This document shows positions 58,129-64,000 of a stretch of 64,000 nucleotides of DNA, one piece after another. The notes beneath the pieces were generated by a model that was given only the letters and a program-made list of their open reading frames with translations, was not told the origin of the DNA and did not search any database. A program made the position numbers and the translations under genes. The DNA is taken from the NCBI GenBank assembly GCA_965222605.1, contig OZ244960.1, positions 128,001-192,000 on the forward strand, in the 5' to 3' direction. Position 1 is the stretch's first letter; every line of letters starts with the position of its first letter. The DNA comes from Candidatus Latescibacterota bacterium (GTDB lineage Bacteria > Latescibacterota > UBA2968).

Positions 58129-58220
58129 TCCTGACAAAACATGGAAATTGTCCCTATTGAGATAGACAATTGTGAGAATGTGTCCCTATTAAGATAGACA
58201 ATTGTAGGATTATGTCTATA
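58129..58220. repeat. Array of three dif-like 11-6-11 core sites with an exact 32-bp period
   Basis: TCCTGACAAAA-CATGGA-AATTGTCCCTA ttga GATAGACAATT-GTGAGA-ATGTGTCCCTA ttaa GATAGACAATT-GTAGGA-TTATGTCTATA. Confidence 0.8.
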
Positions 58221-58347
58221 ACTGCGGAGGCATCTGTGAAGTAACATTACCAAATTAAATAGGGCAGACCTTTTGTGGCCTGCCCTACTGTTGGGATTAT
58301 TTTGCTTGAGGCGAACCCGTGAACGCCTTAAAGCTATGTAAAACAAG

Positions 58348-59127
58348 TTACTCAGCGGTTGGATCAAAGCCTTCAATACGCCCTTCTTGAATCTCAATCT
58401 CATCGCGACGTCTCACCCGCTCAACTTGCCCATCGCGCAAATCGACCACGCGATCAGACACGCCGAGCATCTTGTGGTCGTGGGTGTTGGTCACAATGGT
58501 CACACCGCTTTCGCCCTGCATCTTGAGCAACAACTCGATAATTTCCTGCCCGGTCTTCAAATCGAGATTTCCAGTCGGCTCATCGGCCAAAATCAAATCG
58601 GGGTCATTGGCCATGGCTCTGGCAATTGCCACGCGCTGCTGCTGCCCACCCGATAATTCATAGGGTTTGTGATGCAGGCGGTCGGTAAGCCCCACCAGCG
58701 ACAATTTGTGTGCGGCCTTTTCTTCGTAATCACTGCGCGACATGCCCGAAAACACCATGGGCAAAGACACATTTTCAAGTGCCGACATAACGGGAATCAG
58801 ATTAAACGACTGGAAAATATACCCCACACTGTGGCAGCGCAAATAGGCAATTTGCCCCTGGCTCATATCGGCCATATTGGAACCGTTGACCAATACGGTT
58901 CCCTTAGTGGGCGTATCTAATGCCCCAACCATGTTAAACATCGTGGTTTTACCCGATCCCGAAGGCCCCATAATTGACAAATATTCACCCCGAATCACAT
59001 CGAGATACACCCCGTGCAGGGCATGCACTTCCTGGTCGCCCATCCGATAGGTCTTCCAGACCCCCTGAACTTTAATAATATAATCTTCAGTATCAACCTG
59101 TTGTTCAGCAGCCGATTCCTGAGCCAT
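58348..59127 (-). CDS. ABC transporter ATP-binding protein (LolD/MacB type)
   Basis: GPSGSGKT, GYIFQSFNL, LSGGQQQRVAIARA, ADEPTGNLD, THD. Confidence 0.93.
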   Translation of the reverse strand: MAQESAAEQQVDTEDYIIKVQGVWKTYRMGDQEVHALHGVYLDVIRGEYLSIMGPSGSGKTTMFNMVGALDTPTKGTVLVNGSNMADMSQGQIAYLRCHSVGYIFQSFNLIPVMSALENVSLPMVFSGMSRSDYEEKAAHKLSLVGLTDRLHHKPYELSGGQQQRVAIARAMANDPDLILADEPTGNLDLKTGQEIIELLLKMQGESGVTIVTNTHDHKMLGVSDRVVDLRDGQVERVRRRDEIEIQEGRIEGFDPTAE

Positions 59128-59317
59128 TGTGTTCTCCTCTTAAACAGTAATTCTACCATTGAACTCCCGTATGGTAGGGAAAACCCATGAGCATGTCAAG
59201 CCATTTTAATCCCAATAAAATTCTGCGTGATTCCACAAGCATCTTCCACTATATTCTAAGCCGCGTTGTGCTACAGACCTGTAGCGCCTCCAAAACCATG
59301 ACAGAAAGGACCGCATC

Positions 59318-60142
59318 ATGAAACTCGCAGTATGCAATGAATTTTTTGAAGACTGGAAAATCGAGGATGTCTTTAACTATGCAGCGGAAATTGGCTGCGA
59401 CGGCGTTGAACTCGCACCTTTTACACTCGCGGAAAGCGTCACGCAAATCTCTGCAAAACAGCGCAGCGACATTCGCAAAGCCGCGGAAAAAGCCGGTGTC
59501 GAAATCGTTGGCCTGCACTGGCTACTCGCCAGCCCACCGGGGCTTTATCTCACACATCCCGACAAAGCCATCCGCGACAAAACTGAAGACTATATGAAAG
59601 CATTGATCAATTTCTGCGGCGACCTGGGTGGGCGGATTATGATCCACGGCTCACCGGCACAGCGCAACATCCAAAAAGGCTGGGACCGAGAGGAATGCTG
59701 GAAATACGCTGTCGATATCTTTTCGAACTGCACCTCAGAAATGGAACAAAACGGCGTCACATATTGCATCGAAGCACTCACGGGCAAAGAAACCAATATT
59801 CTGAACGCCATCTCTGAAGCCCTCAAAATGGTCGCCGATGTCGGTCACCCAAATTTCCAGACCATGGTCGATACCAAAGCCGCCGCCGCCGAAAACAAAC
59901 CCCATGTGGATGTGATCGCCGAAGCTGGCAAAGCCCTGCGCCATGTCCATGTCAACGACCCCAATTTGCGCGGTCCGGGATTTGGCGATTTACAATTTGC
60001 ATCCATCCTCCGCGCCCTCAAAGACCGCCACTACAATGGTTATGTATCCGTAGAAGTCTTTGACTTCAAACCCGACCCACAAACCATTGCCGCGCGCAGC
60101 ATCGGCTATCTCAGGGGTATTTTGGAAGGGTTGGAAGGGTGA
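59318..60142 (+). CDS. Sugar phosphate isomerase/epimerase (xylose isomerase-like TIM barrel)
   Basis: GVELAPF, GLHW, GSP.QR, IEAL, HVH.ND.N.RGPGFG, SVEVF. Confidence 0.85.
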   Translation: MKLAVCNEFFEDWKIEDVFNYAAEIGCDGVELAPFTLAESVTQISAKQRSDIRKAAEKAGVEIVGLHWLLASPPGLYLTHPDKAIRDKTEDYMKALINFCGDLGGRIMIHGSPAQRNIQKGWDREECWKYAVDIFSNCTSEMEQNGVTYCIEALTGKETNILNAISEALKMVADVGHPNFQTMVDTKAAAAENKPHVDVIAEAGKALRHVHVNDPNLRGPGFGDLQFASILRALKDRHYNGYVSVEVFDFKPDPQTIAARSIGYLRGILEGLEG

Positions 60143-60409
60143 TCGCGTCATCATCAAAATCTCGTCAAAATCGGGACTCTCTTTGCGATCACAGGCAGGA
60201 GGCGGTGGATAAATGACACGCCATTGCCCCACCATGCGCGCACCGATCTTCTCAAACCACGGCCATACACCCGCTCGGCTAATTTCGTAAAACGTCTGGT
60301 GTTCGCCTTTTTTCAGCTTTTGGTGGCGCAAAACCAATACCTCCTCACCCGCTTGCGCGACCTGATTTCTCACCGGACGGGGTATCTGTTGTTTGGCTTT
60401 ATCGATCAT
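59990..60409 (-). CDS. NIPSNAP-like hypothetical protein, probably truncated
   Basis: KLKKG....FY..S..GVWP.FEK.GAR.VG.W; the C-terminus runs antisense into the convergent gene. Confidence 0.45.
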   Translation of the reverse strand: MIDKAKQQIPRPVRNQVAQAGEEVLVLRHQKLKKGEHQTFYEISRAGVWPWFEKIGARMVGQWRVIYPPPPACDRKESPDFDEILMMTRSPFQPFQNTPEIADAARGNGLWVGFEVKDFYGYITIVVAVFEGAEDGCKL

Positions 60410-61248
60410 TGAGAACCTCCGCGTTGTGGCAACCGCTCCGCCACAAATCCCAATTCTTCTTTTATCCGACTCACATCGTAAACACTGTCGTATTCATGCC
60501 CGCGCTGTTCAAAATGCGACAGATCCACCTCGTCGCCCCACCAGGCGCGCAAAATCTCCGCTACGGGGACGGCAACCCACGCCTTTGGACCTGCGGCATT
60601 CATGATGCGAACCCCGGGTTTGTGCGGTGATTGTGCAGATAGCGCGAATACCCGTACCGCGTCTGGCAAATCCATAATGGTCAAGCTACCCAAACCCCAC
60701 TGTCGCGTTGGAGAAATATCTCGCAAAGGTGGCAATCCAGCGTGCGGCACCGAAGACAGCCGCAAATTAATCACATCGATATCGCCATTTTGTCGCGCAT
60801 AGTATTTTGTGATCTCCTCCATCAAATATTTCGAAAGACCATACCCATTGCGATCCAGACATGGGTGTTCATCGGGAATCGGCAATGCCTGCGGACGAAA
60901 GGCCGGGTTCTGCATCCCAACCGCCGCGATCGAACTCGCCATCACAAATTTGCGGCATCCGCGATCCATCAAATAGCGCATCAAACACCGCGTGCCCTCC
61001 ACATTGACGATCAGCGCGTCGCGCTCCGAACAACCGCCGGTCACAGCCGCAAGGTGAATCACCACATCAATCGCCTCATTATTGAGCTGTTGCAAATCTT
61101 CAAAAGAGCCAAACTCGCCGTGCACCCAGGGCAAATCCAATTCTGGATTTTTTCGGCTCATACAAATCACCTTGTGCTCTTCCGCCATCGAGACCGATAG
61201 TACCCGACCGATAAAACCACTCGCCCCAGTAATCAGTACTGTACTCAC
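60406..61248 (-). CDS. NAD-dependent epimerase/dehydratase
   Basis: ITGASGFIG, HLAA, ASSIAA, YGLSK. Confidence 0.9.
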   Translation of the reverse strand: MSTVLITGASGFIGRVLSVSMAEEHKVICMSRKNPELDLPWVHGEFGSFEDLQQLNNEAIDVVIHLAAVTGGCSERDALIVNVEGTRCLMRYLMDRGCRKFVMASSIAAVGMQNPAFRPQALPIPDEHPCLDRNGYGLSKYLMEEITKYYARQNGDIDVINLRLSSVPHAGLPPLRDISPTRQWGLGSLTIMDLPDAVRVFALSAQSPHKPGVRIMNAAGPKAWVAVPVAEILRAWWGDEVDLSHFEQRGHEYDSVYDVSRIKEELGFVAERLPQRGGSQ

Positions 61249-61261
61249 AATTCCTCCTCAT

Positions 61262-62494
61262 TTAATCGCTAAAAACATCACTCGCCTCACTTAAAACATC
61301 TGCGATGACCTCCCCCTCTTTCATCACCATCTTCACCTGCCGCAAGCATGCGATATCTTCAAGCGGATTGCCCGATAGTGCAATCACATCTGCAAACATC
61401 CCAACGCCAAGATGTCCAACGCAATCCGCCATACCCAACATTTTAGCTGTATTCGTCGTTACCGCCTTCAACGCATCCATTTCTGACACCCCCAGCCCAA
61501 CGAGCTCTTTTGCCTCGCGCCAGAGCGTTGCATGCGTGCTATCGGTTCCCAAACACACTTTCACACCCGCCCGCACTGCTTCGGGAATATATTTTGCCGT
61601 CAATTCGCGTGCGCGTTCAACCCGCTCGCGCCACCAATCCCACGCCCACGTATCAAAAGACGCAAAACCAACTTCATCGTCGAAAAACAGTTGTAAATTT
61701 GGATCGCTCAAATACGCGCCCGATTTCACAAACAAAGCCACATCTTCTTCGGTCAACAAATTGGCGTGTTCAACACTATCGATCCCCGCTTCCATCGCCC
61801 AGCGCATTGCCGGACCACCAATCGCGTGTGCGGCCACGGGCAGTCCCAAATCGTGTGAAATAGCAATCGCCGCATCGATTTCCCGCCTCGAATACGCCGC
61901 CACATCTGTCAGGTCGCCTCGAATATAGTCTTGATATGAATCGCCCTGCCGCACATTGGTAATAAACAACTTGGTCCAGTCTGCCCCCTGAGAAAAATTC
62001 TCCCGGATTTTTAATGCCAGTTCTTCTTCCCCATCCGCGGGGAAACACAAAAAAGGCGCTGTCCCATGACTCGGTCTCAATGCCCGCACACACACCTTCA
62101 ACCTCGGTCCCACGGATTCGCCGCGATCAATCGCACCTTGAAAAGCCTTCTCAATACCCGGTCGATCCCCCAGGGTACGCACGGTCGTAACGCCCGTGCT
62201 CAGATCACTTCGCAAATTCATCGCACCGCGCAATACAGCCGTTGTCGCATCTACGTCGAAATGCGCGCTCAACGGTAACAGAAACCGGTTGTTAATCGTA
62301 ATATGCACATGGGAATCAATCAAAGCCGGCATCACAGTATATGCCGAACAATCCACCACATCGGCGTCTAAAGGCACATCTACTTCAGCCCCAACACCAA
62401 CTACGCGCCCCTCGTTTACAACGACCATCCCCTGCGGAATGGGTGCTTGATCGGGATGAACAATTAACAATTTGGATTTAATCACTTTTGACAT
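61262..62494 (-). CDS. Amidohydrolase family protein
   Basis: MPALIDSHVH, GVTTVR.LG, VAAHA.G, SVEH, GTD, ADVI...GNPL.D. Confidence 0.88.
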   Translation of the reverse strand: MSKVIKSKLLIVHPDQAPIPQGMVVVNEGRVVGVGAEVDVPLDADVVDCSAYTVMPALIDSHVHITINNRFLLPLSAHFDVDATTAVLRGAMNLRSDLSTGVTTVRTLGDRPGIEKAFQGAIDRGESVGPRLKVCVRALRPSHGTAPFLCFPADGEEELALKIRENFSQGADWTKLFITNVRQGDSYQDYIRGDLTDVAAYSRREIDAAIAISHDLGLPVAAHAIGGPAMRWAMEAGIDSVEHANLLTEEDVALFVKSGAYLSDPNLQLFFDDEVGFASFDTWAWDWWRERVERARELTAKYIPEAVRAGVKVCLGTDSTHATLWREAKELVGLGVSEMDALKAVTTNTAKMLGMADCVGHLGVGMFADVIALSGNPLEDIACLRQVKMVMKEGEVIADVLSEASDVFSD

Positions 62495-62561
62495 GATTAT
62501 TTTGTTTGTATAATTAGGTGGAACAACAGAACACCGTCATTTTGATCACCGGAGATATATT

Positions 62562-63809
62562 ATGCAATTTGGCATCTTTTACGAACACCAGATTCCCCGC
62601 CCCTGGGTAGAAGGCGAAGAACACCAGCTTTTCAAAGACGCGCTCGAGCAAGTCGAGGTCGCCGATCGCATTGGCATTGAATATGTTTGGGAAGTTGAAC
62701 ACCACTTTTTGGAAGAATATTCCCACTCCTCAGCACCCGAAGTCTTTCTCGCGGCCTGTAGCCAACGGTCCAAAAATATCCGCCTGGGACACGGCATTGT
62801 ACTCATGCCACCCAATTACAACCATCCGGCTCGCGTTGCCGAGCGCATCGCAACCCTCGACCTGATCAGCGATGGGCGCGTCGAATGGGGCACGGGTGAA
62901 TCGGCTTCTCGCGCAGAGCTCGAGGGATTCAACGTGCCGCCCGGTGAAAAAAAAGCAATGTGGGCAGAAACCGTCCGAGAAACCGCCAAAATGCTCGCGT
63001 CTGACCCGTATCCCGGATATCGTGGCGAATTTTTCTCAATGCCCGAACGCAATATCGTGCCCAAGCCCCTGCAAAAACCCCACCCACCGCTGTGGGTCGC
63101 CTGTTCCAACCGCGAGAGCATTCGCTGGGCCGGAAAACACGGCATTGGCGCACTCACCTTTGCCTTTATCGAACCCGAAGAAGCCAAATACTGGGTTGAC
63201 GAATACTACACCGCATTTGAGAATGAATGCGAACCTCTCGGCCAAGCCGTCAATCCCACGATCGCTATGGTCGCCGGGTTCATGTGTCACGAAAACGGGG
63301 AAACGGCGAGGGCACAGGGTCTCGAAGGATTCCAATTTTTCGGCTATGCACTTTCCCATTATTATCGCCACGGCACTCATGTCCCCGGCGAATTTGACAT
63401 CTGGGCAGACTTCCAAAAAAACAAACCCGAACGGAAAAAAGGTTCGGGATCAGGCTGCATTGGCACCCCGGATGAAATACGCGCCCACCTTGAAACAATG
63501 GAAGAGATCGGCGTTGATCAGGTCGTCTTCCTGCAGCAAGCGGGCAACAACAAACACGATCATATATGCAAATCGCTCGAATGTTTCGCACAAAATGTAT
63601 TGCCCGACTTCAAAGCGCGACACGAAATATACGCCGCACAAAAAGCAGAACGACTCGGCCCTGCCATCGAAAAAGCACGCTCTAAAATTTCACCGATTGA
63701 CAAACCCAAATCCACACCAGTAGAAGCCTATCCACTCTTAAAATCATCCGAAGAAAAGCAAGAAGACCTCGAAATTGTCAAATCTATTGCGGGGGAAAAG
63801 TCCTCATAA
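62562..63809 (+). CDS. LLM-class flavin-dependent oxidoreductase
   Basis: WEVEHHF..EYSHS.APE, HP.RVAE.IATLD..S.GRV..G.G, PKP.QKPHPPLW.A. Confidence 0.9.
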   Translation: MQFGIFYEHQIPRPWVEGEEHQLFKDALEQVEVADRIGIEYVWEVEHHFLEEYSHSSAPEVFLAACSQRSKNIRLGHGIVLMPPNYNHPARVAERIATLDLISDGRVEWGTGESASRAELEGFNVPPGEKKAMWAETVRETAKMLASDPYPGYRGEFFSMPERNIVPKPLQKPHPPLWVACSNRESIRWAGKHGIGALTFAFIEPEEAKYWVDEYYTAFENECEPLGQAVNPTIAMVAGFMCHENGETARAQGLEGFQFFGYALSHYYRHGTHVPGEFDIWADFQKNKPERKKGSGSGCIGTPDEIRAHLETMEEIGVDQVVFLQQAGNNKHDHICKSLECFAQNVLPDFKARHEIYAAQKAERLGPAIEKARSKISPIDKPKSTPVEAYPLLKSSEEKQEDLEIVKSIAGEKSS

Positions 63810-63829
63810 TATGGCAGAAGCAGCCGATA

Positions 63830-64000
63830 TTAATTCAAGTCCCCAATCGCCTCGCGCACCGCTTCTATTGTATCTTCAATATCCGCCTCAGTATGTGCCA
63901 GAGAGAGAAACATCGGATGCCTGGGATGTAAGTAATATCCCTGTGCAAGACATCTCCGCAACACCGCCATGCAGCGATCGCGGTCAGAATCGTCTATCAC
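63830..64000 (-). CDS. 3' end of a class-III aminotransferase (GSA-aminomutase-like)
   Basis: Manual translation ...RCLAQGYYLHPRHPMFLSLAHTEADIEDTIEAVREA...*. Confidence 0.7.
   Translation of the reverse strand: MIDDSDRDRCMAVLRRCLAQGYYLHPRHPMFLSLAHTEADIEDTIEAVREAIGDLN

Larger units (their letters stand above)
23862..58340. mobile_element. Composite genomic island downstream of tRNA-Phe
   Basis: Two tyrosine recombinases, IS3 relics, defence and TA genes, internal duplications, many truncated genes and dif-like sites; core genes resume at 58348. No duplicated tRNA 3' end was found, so the boundaries are approximate. Confidence 0.7.

Noticed and set aside
58129-58220. Mini-CRISPR
   Set aside because: The variable parts are only 6 bp and no cas genes are present.
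23862-58340. Integron cassette array
   Set aside because: Neither recombinase shows the IntI-specific insertion, and no recurrent attC hairpins were seen.

Overview
A bacterial chromosome segment. The dockerin/EF-hand 'DxDGxGxVxFxDF' modules, DUF6785/OPT-like transporters and the many oxidoreductases and amidohydrolases suggest a Latescibacterota/Gemmatimonadota-type organism of the kind found in sponge metagenomes; this is inference only. Layout: (1) 1-23.6 kb, mostly on the minus strand, holds dapF, a Tat-exported sulfite-oxidase-family enzyme, a small toxin-antitoxin/defence patch (2.8-8.3 kb), a catabolic cluster, and a three-gene membrane complex (DUF6785-like protein, a 1500-aa M28-like/FtsX fusion, and an OPT-like protein). 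(2) tRNA-Phe(GAA) at 23786-23861. (3) A ~34-kb mosaic island (24-58.3 kb) with two tyrosine recombinases, duplicated AAA-PD-(D/E)xK genes, IS3 relics, a serpin, a metalloprotease, two rmuC copies, an N6-methylase plus PLD-SNF2 helicase defence pair, and many truncated genes. (4) Core metabolic genes again from 58.3 kb. Best candidate for an undescribed system: a sigma54-promoter operon with tandem TGT-N10-ACA enhancer boxes, encoding a tyrosine recombinase fused to a P-loop ATPase and two TM helices, a YdjM-like membrane hydrolase and an orphan membrane-fusion protein. Its whole control region is duplicated 8.7 kb away in front of a CAAX protease. The island also carries dif-like 11-6-11 recombination sites: a single site at 36279 and a 32-bp-period triple array at 58129, which share their flank and bracket ~22 kb. 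All family calls come from motif recognition by eye; no database searches were run.
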